Assembly (NCBI GenBank): GCA_050177605.1
Contig: JBFXGX010000002.1
Coordinates: 1-64,000, forward strand
Direction of reading: 5' to 3'
Length of the DNA stretch: 64,000 nt
Origin: Candidatus Izemoplasmatales bacterium
GTDB taxonomy: Bacteria; Bacillota_I; Bacilli_A; Izemoplasmatales; Hujiaoplasmataceae
Shown here: positions 39,781 through 48,411 of the stretch, piece after piece
Numbering within the stretch: the first letter of the stretch is position 1
How the letters are laid out: each line of letters opens with the position of its first letter
Position numbers and translations under genes: made by a program
The notes under the pieces: generated by a model
Told to the model about the DNA's origin: nothing
Seen by the model: the letters and a program-made list of their open reading frames with translations, nothing else
The model's database searches: none

Positions 39781-39801
39781 TAAAGAAAGGTATTTTTTGA
39801 T

Positions 39802-40686
39802 ATGGAAAAAAAGTATGTAACAATCGATAATCATGAACAAGTTGCGTATGTTGAAAAAGGGAAGGGCTCAAAGACATTACTCTTAATCCATGGCAATTTC
39901 TCTTCTAGTATTTATTATCAACCTTTGTTTGAACGTCTACCTGAAGATGTACATGCGATTGCGATGGATTTAAGAGGCTATGGTGATACCTCTTATAAGA
40001 ATCGTGTATTATCTTTAAAAGACTTTGCTAAGGATGTTAAATTATTCATGGACAAAATGAATATTGAGAAAGCTTTTGTCTGTGGTTGGTCTTTAGGAGG
40101 TGGTGTTGCGATGGAACTTGCAGCACATTATCCTGAAAGAGTAGAGAAACTAATCCTACTAAATTCAACAACGCATAAAGGTTATCCTGTGTTTAAAAAA
40201 GATGAAACAGGGAAGATGATTGTTGGTTCTGTTTATAAAGATGCGGATGAAATGGCAAATGATCCTGTTCAAGTAAAACCATTGCTAGATGCTTTAAATG
40301 GAAAAAACTTTGCTTTTGTTAAATATATCTTTGATGTAACAATTTATACAGTTGGAAAACCAACGGATGAGCAAACGATTCTATTTATTGGCGAATCCTT
40401 AAAACAAAGAAACTTGGCGGATGCCGATTTTGCACTCGCTAGCCAAAATATGGGTGATACGCCTTCTTTCTATAAAGATGGTGAAAGAACGATTCATCAT
40501 ATTACGATGCCTGTTCTTCACATTTGGGGGGATAAAGACATCACTGTGCCTGAAATGATGATTCAAGATAATTTGAATGCGATGAAACAAAATTCAACCT
40601 ATATCAAATTTGAAAACTGTGGTCATAGTCCTTTGATTGATAAACCGGACGAATTGACAAAAGCAATCTTAGATTTTATTCAATAA
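39802..40686 (+). CDS. alpha/beta hydrolase resembling Bacillus-type intracellular PHB depolymerase (PhaZ-like)
   Basis: HGN..SS, DLRGYG, GWSLGG, GDKD, GHSP. Confidence 0.7.
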   Translation: MEKKYVTIDNHEQVAYVEKGKGSKTLLLIHGNFSSSIYYQPLFERLPEDVHAIAMDLRGYGDTSYKNRVLSLKDFAKDVKLFMDKMNIEKAFVCGWSLGGGVAMELAAHYPERVEKLILLNSTTHKGYPVFKKDETGKMIVGSVYKDADEMANDPVQVKPLLDALNGKNFAFVKYIFDVTIYTVGKPTDEQTILFIGESLKQRNLADADFALASQNMGDTPSFYKDGERTIHHITMPVLHIWGDKDITVPEMMIQDNLNAMKQNSTYIKFENCGHSPLIDKPDELTKAILDFIQ

Positions 40687-40815
40687 GGTCTCCTTTTCAT
40701 ACTTAGCCTAACATACAACTATTTTTGTCAAGAGGCTAAAATGGCTAAAAATAGGCTGTTTTAGCCTCTGCAACAAAAATATTAAAAAAATATTAAAAAA
40801 ATTGAGCGAAAGTTG

Positions 40816-40844
40816 TTGACAAAGAGATTTGACTATTATATAAT
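40816..40844 (+). promoter_or_regulatory. consensus sigma-A promoter of riboswitch operon B
   Basis: TTGACA 40816-40821, 17-nt spacer, TATAAT 40839-40844. Confidence 0.9.
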
Positions 40845-40849
40845 GATGT

Positions 40850-40923
40850 CGTAAATAGCAAAACTAGGGAAACCTAGTGACGCAAAGCTATAGGGCCTTC
40901 GCAAGATGGTAGCCAGTTGCCGT
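40850..40923 (+). ncRNA. GEMM-I cyclic-dinucleotide riboswitch aptamer (A20 variant), second copy
   Basis: 68/71 nt identical to 15572-15642; differences are one compensatory P2 pair (T-A to G-C) and GTAA/GCAA loop; A40857 at position 20. Confidence 0.92.
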
Positions 40924-40951
40924 TATCTTATTTAAGATGAGGGCATTTTTT
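40918..40951 (+). terminator. riboswitch-controlled intrinsic terminator
   Basis: TGCC-G-TTATCTT/AAGATGA-G-GGCA plus T6; covaries with the copy at 15636. Confidence 0.85.
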
Positions 40952-41052
40952 ATTTCATAGGGTTATTTTATCCATTAGTGAGTAAAGAATGCACAAATCT
41001 TCAAAGGGTAGTGGCTTTTTTTTATAGCCAACCCGGACCTAAGAGGGAGGGA

Positions 41053-41829
41053 ATGCACTTTGGTATGAGTACAAAAGTTAAATTAGCCGAACGAGTCGTA
41101 TATGCTTCCAGAGCTACGAGAATAGCTAAGGCTAGTCGCTTAGGAATCATCGTAAGTGCAGTACTAACTTTTCTGATCTTCGCAATATCATATTATGGAG
41201 AGGTCGTCGGAAATTTCACATTCAGCGTTGATAGATTCGCAGAAGAAGCTGGAATAACAATTTACGACAATTCAATTACAAAGAATTACACATCAAGACT
41301 TGCCTCAGCCAAAGTAGATAATGCAGACGGAATGACTGGATATTGTGGTACAGAATACACTACATTCCCAGTTGGACATGAGTTGTGTGTCCCAACCGAT
41401 GACGTTGTTACAAGCGTGGATGGATCAAACAATGGAACATCATATCTTGCCTACACATTTTATGTAGAGAACGCAGGAGATGCTACTGTTGATCTTACCG
41501 CAACCATTAAAATCATCTCCGCAACGAAGGGCGCAGATCAAGCCATTAGGGTCAGAGTGATTATCGATGGGGTAGGAACCACTTACGCAGCAAGACAAAC
41601 GGATAAAGGTGTTGCTCCGGGGGAACTAGAACCGCTTACAGAAGCATTTTACGCTCTCACTACCGTTATGTATCAAGAGTATTACATGTTCAGACCAGGC
41701 GATGTAAAAAAAATAACCGTTCTGCTCTGGTATGAAGGTGAAGACGCTGATCACAATCAAGACATTGTTGGCGGCGGTGTAAAACTAGAGATGGACATTT
41801 CCGTTTCCTACGTTTATGAGCTCGAATAG
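41053..41829 (+). CDS. membrane-anchored fibre-subunit-like protein
   Basis: basic N-terminus and TM without the A|WF site; C-terminal ITVLLWYEGED resembles ITVRIYVEGWD of the next gene; start is ATG 41053 or 41065 (GGAGG at 41046). Confidence 0.6.
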   Translation: MHFGMSTKVKLAERVVYASRATRIAKASRLGIIVSAVLTFLIFAISYYGEVVGNFTFSVDRFAEEAGITIYDNSITKNYTSRLASAKVDNADGMTGYCGTEYTTFPVGHELCVPTDDVVTSVDGSNNGTSYLAYTFYVENAGDATVDLTATIKIISATKGADQAIRVRVIIDGVGTTYAARQTDKGVAPGELEPLTEAFYALTTVMYQEYYMFRPGDVKKITVLLWYEGEDADHNQDIVGGGVKLEMDISVSYVYELE

Positions 41830-41902
41830 ATCTTACTAGGAAAACAAAGAAACACAAGACAAAAAAACAAAAAAAAATAAAAATCCAAAAGGGGAAAAAA
41901 TT

Positions 41903-42841
41903 ATGAAAACATTAAGAAACAAAGTTATTCTTTCAGCAGTCGTATTAGCTTTCGCATTAATCGCAACAATCGGTTCAACTTATGCATGGTTCACAGTATC
42001 TCAAACAGCAACTGTAGAATCAATGACATTAAACGTTACAGCAGCTAACTCTTTATTAGTTAGAGTGTATGATGGTGAAGATCCAGTTGCAAACGAAGTT
42101 GATTTAAAAACAGCTACTAATTATACTACTACAATTACAAATGCAGTTATCACAGCTTCAAGTTTATATACTAATTTAGCTACATATAAATTACAACCTG
42201 TTACTGCTATTCAAGATGGATATGATTCACTAGATGCTGGTACTTTAGGATATTTAGCAGACTTAACTGATTATACTCATACCATTACTGCTTTATCAAA
42301 TGATGTTCTAGACGGTGCTTTTAATTCATCTACTGGTTATTTCGTAGAACTAAAATTCTGGGTTTTACAACAAACAGGTGTTAACCAAAACTTATTATTA
42401 AATACTTTGTCAGTTCAAGCAGCTGATCAAGATGGAACAAGAGAAGATATCATCAACACTGTAAGATTATCAGCAGGTACTGCTTCTGCATCCTTAATTT
42501 ATGCACAAGGTGGAACTGCAGCATTAGCAAACGATTATGGTTTTGCATTCGTAGCTGGATTACCAGGATATACAGCAGCACCAGGTGCTGGAGAATTTAA
42601 TTCAATCGCAGCAGGCGACTTAACAACAATCACAACAAATGCTCTAGATGCATCTTCTGCAGGTGTAACTGGCGCTACAGTAGCAGATGGAGCTTCTGTC
42701 ATCGCTACACTAACAAATAACACTCCAACATTAATCACTGTAAGAATTTATGTTGAAGGTTGGGATGCTCAAACTACAAACGACGTAATTCAAGCTCAAT
42801 TTAATATTGCATGGTCTTTCATTATTGATGCTGCTGTTTAA
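41903..42841 (+). CDS. SipW-type signal peptide protein, probable major fibre subunit (TasA/CalY-like)
   Basis: ATIGSTYA|WFTVS; Ala/Thr-rich; codons strongly A/T-ending. Confidence 0.8.
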   Translation: MKTLRNKVILSAVVLAFALIATIGSTYAWFTVSQTATVESMTLNVTAANSLLVRVYDGEDPVANEVDLKTATNYTTTITNAVITASSLYTNLATYKLQPVTAIQDGYDSLDAGTLGYLADLTDYTHTITALSNDVLDGAFNSSTGYFVELKFWVLQQTGVNQNLLLNTLSVQAADQDGTREDIINTVRLSAGTASASLIYAQGGTAALANDYGFAFVAGLPGYTAAPGAGEFNSIAAGDLTTITTNALDASSAGVTGATVADGASVIATLTNNTPTLITVRIYVEGWDAQTTNDVIQAQFNIAWSFIIDAAV

Positions 42842-42873
42842 TTAGAACAATTACAATTATAAAGTAACCTAAT

Positions 42874-42935
42874 AGGTAAAAACATAACTTAGGGAGCTCC
42901 CCTAAGTTATGTTACCTTATAGGGATTGTTTTTTT
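42874..42935 (+). terminator. long hairpin / partial terminator after the major subunit gene
   Basis: 14-bp perfect stem AACATAACTTAGGG/CCCTAAGTTATGTT, extendable; T run at 42929. Confidence 0.7.
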
Positions 42936-43099
42936 CAGAATCAATCAAAATTGGTTTTGAAAAAGATGATTCGTATAGAAAAGCACAAAATGGCCGTAAA
43001 TTTTATAGTTTTTTCACAAAATAATGATGAAATATTCGCCTTTTTATAATATAATTAAATGTGACAGATAAATTTAAGATAATATTAAGGAGTGTTTTT

Positions 43100-43825
43100 A
43101 TGGAAAATACGGTCAAAAAAGGTAAAACAGTAAAAACGATATTAAATGTTGTATTTTACGTGTTTCTTGTTCTTGTAGTATTGTATTCAGTGTTAGCACT
43201 ATTCTCAACACAAGACAATAATCGAACATCAGTTTTAGGAATGTCTGCGTTAACAGTTCAATCAAATTCAATGAGTCCGACTTTTAAAGAAGGTGACCTC
43301 ATTTTCATTGATACGAATTTTAATGTAGAAGATTTAGCAGTTGGAGATGTAATTACCTATCTGATGATCGTCGATACAGTTGATGGTCCAGTACAAATTT
43401 ACAACTCCCATAGAATTACAGAAATAACAGTTATTGATGGTGTTTATTGGTTTACAACACAAGGAGATAACACTGTTACAAATCCAACCGAAGATGCAAA
43501 CCCAGTTTTTCAAAATGATATCATTGGTGTATGGGGTGGAACAGTATGGGCGAATGTAGGAACAGGACTTGATAGTCTAATCACATTCTTAAAATCACCT
43601 ACAGGATTCTTCTTATTCATTGTATTACCCGTCTTTGCTTTCCTTGTTTACCAAGCAGTTCGTTTCATTGGAATAATGACAGAGTACAATACTCAAAAAG
43701 CTCTTGGTTCAAGAGTATCAGTAGAGGAAGAAGCCATTAAGATTGCAAGAGCACAAATCGAAGCAGAAATGCGCGAAAAAGCTCTAAAAGATCAAGAAAC
43801 GAAAGATCAAGAAGCAAAAAAATAA
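43100..43825 (+). CDS. sipW: signal peptidase I, SipW/ER-type (S26B)
   Basis: VQSNSMSP..GDLI, SHRI, TQGDN (Ser-His dyad); N- and C-terminal TM; AAGGAG RBS before ATG 43100. Confidence 0.88.
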   Translation: MENTVKKGKTVKTILNVVFYVFLVLVVLYSVLALFSTQDNNRTSVLGMSALTVQSNSMSPTFKEGDLIFIDTNFNVEDLAVGDVITYLMIVDTVDGPVQIYNSHRITEITVIDGVYWFTTQGDNTVTNPTEDANPVFQNDIIGVWGGTVWANVGTGLDSLITFLKSPTGFFLFIVLPVFAFLVYQAVRFIGIMTEYNTQKALGSRVSVEEEAIKIARAQIEAEMREKALKDQETKDQEAKK

Positions 43826-43880
43826 ACGTCAATCAACTCATATATACTTGTATATATAACAAGAAGGGGGATTCGACACT

Positions 43881-45551
43881 ATGAATGAATTTTCACATTA
43901 TTTTGTTGAACTATTTAAACGAATATGGGAAGATACAGTCTATCTATTCAGAGATGCAATTTGGAACAGTATTATCAAAAAGTTTTTTGAAAATCTTGCT
44001 TCCTATTGGCGACTATTATTAGATAGCTCATCCAATTTTAGTGTTATATCCTGGACTATGGTTGCTCTAACCAGTGTCATCTTCTTGTTTTTTATTATTT
44101 TAGTTATCGCACAAATTGTTATCTGGTGGCGTAAATTCGCTTCATTCAGAAAAATTGAAATAGAAAAAAATGAGCTTATAGAAGAAATCGCTATGCTGAA
44201 CGATCGTGTGATCGCCCTTATGGATGAAAAGAATCAAATCATGGCGATGAAAGTATCTCAACTTGGAATAAATGCAACCACAGGTGCTCCAGCAGAACAA
44301 GTAATCACTGGACCACTGGGATACCAACAAAGAGTTCAACCAGCGTATGCCGGAGCAGGATATACGCAAGCTGGACCAATTCAAAGATCATATCAAGGTG
44401 TTGGTACACCTGAAGAACCTGTTCAAGAATCACGTGCTGCTCAAGCTGCTGCAGCTGCCGGTCCATCTAGATTCGTTAAATTAATCCAAGTAGATAAAGA
44501 ATACTCTGGAAAAGATACACATATTTATATGGAAGAAGAAGATTATATCTCTTTACCAGAATTAGTCACTCATTTTATTAATTTCTCAGCTTCACAATTA
44601 AAACTCTACTACACACCTAAAATGATTTCTTATTTCTTCGCAGGTATGGCTGCTTCAAAAGTAATCATCCTAGAAGGTATCTCAGGTACAGGTAAAACAT
44701 CTTTACCTTATGCTATGGCGAAATTCTTTAACAATAATGCCGCAATGATTTCCGTTCAACCTTCTTGGAGAGACCGTGCTGAAATCATCGGTTATTTAAA
44801 TGAATTTACAAAACGATTTAATGAAACGGATTTCTTAAAAGCTTTATATGAATCAACTTATCGTAAAGATGTCAATTTCATCGTTCTCGATGAAATGAAC
44901 TTAGCGAGAATTGAGTATTATTTCGCAGAGTTCTTATCGATTATGGAAATGCCTGACCCTTCAGAATGGAAAATCGACTTAGTTCCAGATTCCAAACCGA
45001 ATGATCCATTAAAAGTAATCAATGGTAAAATCGCTGTTCCAATGAACGTATGGTTTGTTGGTACTGCGAATAAAGATGATTCAACGTATACGATTACAGA
45101 TAAAGTATATGACCGTGCTATCGCACTTGAATTTGAATCGAAAGGAGTGTTCTTCCAAGCTCCTGAAACTCCTTCAGTTCATATGTCCTATTCTTATTTA
45201 CAAGAATTATTCGACGAAGCTTTTTATAAATACCCAGTGTCCGAAGAATTATTAAATAAATTCTCAATCTTAGATAAATATGTTCAAGCAAACTTTAAAA
45301 TAGCCTTTGGTAACCGTATTATGGTTCAAGTTCACAAATTTGTTCCTGTCTTCGTTGCGACTGGCGGAAATGAAGAAGAAGGTCTTGACTATATCTTCGC
45401 CAACAAGATTTTAAGAAAATTCGAAAGCCTTAACTTAGCATTCTTACATGAAGAGTTAGAAGAACTCATCAACCAAATCCAAAAGATTTTTGGGAAAAAT
45501 GGATTCGAAGAATCTGTTAAATTCATCAAAAACTTGATGAAATTGATGTAG
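43881..45551 (+). CDS. membrane-anchored McrB-like AAA+ GTPase
   Basis: N-terminal TM and coiled coil; GISGTGKT, LDEMNLAR.EYYF, GTANKDD (NxxD), DKVYDRA. Confidence 0.85.
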   Translation: MNEFSHYFVELFKRIWEDTVYLFRDAIWNSIIKKFFENLASYWRLLLDSSSNFSVISWTMVALTSVIFLFFIILVIAQIVIWWRKFASFRKIEIEKNELIEEIAMLNDRVIALMDEKNQIMAMKVSQLGINATTGAPAEQVITGPLGYQQRVQPAYAGAGYTQAGPIQRSYQGVGTPEEPVQESRAAQAAAAAGPSRFVKLIQVDKEYSGKDTHIYMEEEDYISLPELVTHFINFSASQLKLYYTPKMISYFFAGMAASKVIILEGISGTGKTSLPYAMAKFFNNNAAMISVQPSWRDRAEIIGYLNEFTKRFNETDFLKALYESTYRKDVNFIVLDEMNLARIEYYFAEFLSIMEMPDPSEWKIDLVPDSKPNDPLKVINGKIAVPMNVWFVGTANKDDSTYTITDKVYDRAIALEFESKGVFFQAPETPSVHMSYSYLQELFDEAFYKYPVSEELLNKFSILDKYVQANFKIAFGNRIMVQVHKFVPVFVATGGNEEEGLDYIFANKILRKFESLNLAFLHEELEELINQIQKIFGKNGFEESVKFIKNLMKLM

Positions 45552-45561
45552 GTGAATAACC

Positions 45562-47148
45562 GTGATTGATAGAGATGCGAGTAGATATTATAAAAAAATA
45601 AATACAACATTTGTTGGCGTAAATAAACAAGATGATTTCGCGAAAATGTTTATCAATCTATTAGAGAGCGGGAATACGACTTTGTATCAAAAAGAACGTC
45701 GTGAACGTCGAATCTTCGACGATTCATGGATGGATTCTGTTGAGCAAGCGATTCCCGTCATTGATAAATTGACACGAAAACCGAGAGAAACACTTAAAAA
45801 AACAAGCATGGTTGTGCCTGTTGAAAGAGCAAAGAAAATTGATAAAGAGACCGTGAGGCATCTTTCTCAAAATACGCAGTTAATTCGAAGCATTGACCGC
45901 GAAGGAAATGTTATTCCTTCAAAGGTTTTAACGAGCTTTTCAGAGTCAGATTTAGGAACATATGAAAATCGTTTCTTACGCTCTTTGGTTGATAATCTCT
46001 TTATCTTCATTGAAAAAAGATACGATCTTATCATCAAAAAAATGCATACTGAATATGTCAATTTCTTGAATGTAAAATCTGAAATTGAATGGATGGGTGC
46101 GACCATTGATTATGATGTTACTTTTCAAATTCATCAAAATATGGAACAAGATGAAATCGATCAAAAGAATCAAGTTTTACTAGATCGTATTACCGAGATG
46201 AGAACATCCATCACGAACTTCAAAATGTCGAAATTTATGCTCGATATGAAAGCTTTCCCTGGTGTTGTTCCACCGATTATGCAAACCAATCTTTTACAAA
46301 AAAATGTTGATTTCCGTAAATGTTATGATTTATGGATATTAATCGAGCAAGTCGATCGTATTGGATACGATGTTGACGTTTTCGAAAGAAATGTTGAATT
46401 TAAAGATAAATATCTTGCAGATATTGAAAATGCCATGATGGTACTTTACGCAGCAGTTGCGAATAACCAAACAAGCGAATTTGTTTTGAATCAACAAGAT
46501 CCCTACGTTTATCGTAAAACAAGACGCCCAAAAGTCATGAAGAATAACCCTGCAGATATTACGATTGATCCAGGATACTATCAACTTGAAAATTATGGCT
46601 TAAGCCAATACTATTTAGAGCAAATCAAAAAAAGTAATTATTCCCGTTTTAAAACACTAACTGAAGCTGGAATTACTTTAAATGAGTCTGTCGATATTGT
46701 TTTCAAACAATTAGGAAATATTACGAATGCAGTTTACGAAGACTATATCCAAACGAATTATCATCCAGAAACAAAGGAAACGCTTGAAGAAAAAGTAGCG
46801 GTTCAAGAAGAGATTATTGAGTTATATAAAAAAATTGAACAAATCAAAAGAGATGACTTAAAAACTTTAGCTACGCAAAAAGCCATCGCTTTACTTAATC
46901 TACGAAACTATAAAGATGATATCGCCAAGAAAAAAGAATTAGAGCGTCTTGAGGAAGAAAAAGAAAAAGAACTTGAACGCTTAGAAAAAGAAAGACAAAA
47001 GAAAATAAGAGAAGAAGAACGCCTTGCAAAACAACGTAAAATTGAAGCTGCTAAGAAAATATTAGCAGAAGAAAAAGCGAAACGAAAAGCAAGAGAAAAG
47101 AAAAAACAAAGATCTGTATCTTCAAAAAAAGAAAAATTAAATAAATAA
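45562..47148 (+). CDS. DUF2357-like McrB partner with C-terminal charged coiled coil; no nuclease motif seen
   Basis: TYENRFL..L, T.LLQKN..FRKCY.LW; C-terminal ~100 aa E/K/R-rich. Confidence 0.7.
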   Translation: MIDRDASRYYKKINTTFVGVNKQDDFAKMFINLLESGNTTLYQKERRERRIFDDSWMDSVEQAIPVIDKLTRKPRETLKKTSMVVPVERAKKIDKETVRHLSQNTQLIRSIDREGNVIPSKVLTSFSESDLGTYENRFLRSLVDNLFIFIEKRYDLIIKKMHTEYVNFLNVKSEIEWMGATIDYDVTFQIHQNMEQDEIDQKNQVLLDRITEMRTSITNFKMSKFMLDMKAFPGVVPPIMQTNLLQKNVDFRKCYDLWILIEQVDRIGYDVDVFERNVEFKDKYLADIENAMMVLYAAVANNQTSEFVLNQQDPYVYRKTRRPKVMKNNPADITIDPGYYQLENYGLSQYYLEQIKKSNYSRFKTLTEAGITLNESVDIVFKQLGNITNAVYEDYIQTNYHPETKETLEEKVAVQEEIIELYKKIEQIKRDDLKTLATQKAIALLNLRNYKDDIAKKKELERLEEEKEKELERLEKERQKKIREEERLAKQRKIEAAKKILAEEKAKRKAREKKKQRSVSSKKEKLNK

Positions 47149-47164
47149 CATTAAGGAGAGGTGA

Positions 47165-47791
47165 ATGAAAATGAAAAAACGACTGTCTCTATCATTATTA
47201 GCATTGATAGGTTCCGTTTTTATGTTTGTTGTTGCCTCTTTTGCTTGGCTTCAAGTGAGTGGAGTTGTGAATATTTTCGGTCCTACTGCTTCTGTGAATA
47301 ATGTTCAGTCAGAAGCTGTTATTTATACCTCAACTGATGGAACCAACTATTCAGAAACGGAATCAATTAACGTAGCGACTGGTTCTCCTGGAAATAGTTA
47401 CTACTTCCAAATCGTAGTTACAAATACTGGCACAATCGCATCCACATCTCGCGTGATGCTCTATAGTTTCACGGATTCGTTATCGAATCCAAATGGAACC
47501 AACGCTGGGTTGCTTGCAGGATTATCTTTAACCCAGGTGATTCGTGTTTCTACGTCAAACAACTATAATGCAGATACGATTCAAAATACATTAATGGTTG
47601 ATTTGTTACCGACTGATACTGGTGGAGACTTTACGACTTCTTATCTAACTTTGTTAGAAGGCATTTTTTTAGAACCCAATGAAACTGCCATTTTATACGT
47701 TACTTTTACCCTCGATGAAGATACATCCAATGATTATCAAAATTTAAATTTACTCATTGGTAGCGTATCGATTTCATCGGTAAGTGAGTAG
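47165..47791 (+). CDS. SipW-type signal peptide protein (minor fibre subunit)
   Basis: FVVASFA|WLQ; PG..YYF.I.VTNTG, LEPNET, NDYQN (TasA/CalY-like). Confidence 0.75.
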   Translation: MKMKKRLSLSLLALIGSVFMFVVASFAWLQVSGVVNIFGPTASVNNVQSEAVIYTSTDGTNYSETESINVATGSPGNSYYFQIVVTNTGTIASTSRVMLYSFTDSLSNPNGTNAGLLAGLSLTQVIRVSTSNNYNADTIQNTLMVDLLPTDTGGDFTTSYLTLLEGIFLEPNETAILYVTFTLDEDTSNDYQNLNLLIGSVSISSVSE

Positions 47792-47799
47792 GTGATACG

Positions 47800-48396
47800 A
47801 TGAAAAAATGGACTTTATTTTTCTCGATATCTTCTTTACTTCTCATTGTAGTTTCACTCGTGATGTTAAGTATAACTTATGGTTGGTTTACTGCACTATT
47901 TTCCATTCCTGATGGAGAAGTAGGTGTGGGTGCACTAGATTACACTGCTAGTGGAAGTTTTGTCCAAGATAATACGATTTTCGTTCCTGAAGAAGAACTG
48001 GTCAATACTGCTTTTGAGGTAGACAATCAATCCTCATTAAAATCGCAATTGCGAATTCAAATAACGTATACGAAAGTAGTCAACAACGCCGGAACAATCA
48101 CTTCGTCAACGCAAATTTATCATGATGATTCAACGGATCATTTATCGGTTGTGATGAATGAGAACTTTGTTCAAAGCGGAGACTATTTCTACTTTGGTGG
48201 CGATACTTATGATATCCTTACTTATTCTGGTGTCATTTCATTAATTACCTCCATTGTTTATGATGGTAACTTTGCGGGTATTGACTATGAAAATATGCCG
48301 ATATCCATTTCCATTACGATACAAGTCAAACAAGCGGACAATGTCACATGGTCTGATCTTGCAGGATACGATTTTTCGACAGGATTACCTGCATAA
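47800..48396 (+). CDS. SipW-type signal peptide protein (minor fibre subunit)
   Basis: LSITYG|WFT; QLRIQI, DYFYF, ITIQVKQA. Confidence 0.75.
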   Translation: MKKWTLFFSISSLLLIVVSLVMLSITYGWFTALFSIPDGEVGVGALDYTASGSFVQDNTIFVPEEELVNTAFEVDNQSSLKSQLRIQITYTKVVNNAGTITSSTQIYHDDSTDHLSVVMNENFVQSGDYFYFGGDTYDILTYSGVISLITSIVYDGNFAGIDYENMPISISITIQVKQADNVTWSDLAGYDFSTGLPA

Positions 48397-48411
48397 AAAA
48401 GAGGTGAAAAA

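Noticed and set aside
40731..40769. Inverted repeat AGAGGCTAAAA..TTTTAGCCTCT as a MITE or ncRNA
   Set aside because: Single copy directly after the catabolic operon; most simply a terminator-like hairpin.
40978..41052. Upstream GTG start for the first gene of operon B
   Set aside because: No RBS; GGAGG lies at 41046, so this stretch is leader RNA.
42660..42680. GVTGAT in the major subunit (and FTGAT in the 56720 lipoprotein) as ApbE flavinylation sites
   Set aside because: They lack the upstream Asp and an FMN-binding context; expected by chance in Ala/Thr/Gly-rich proteins.
43881..47148. Conventional McrBC type IV restriction system
   Set aside because: No DNA-binding N-terminal domain or PD-(D/E)xK motif recognised, and the pair is embedded in the sipW operon; kept as a repurposed module instead.
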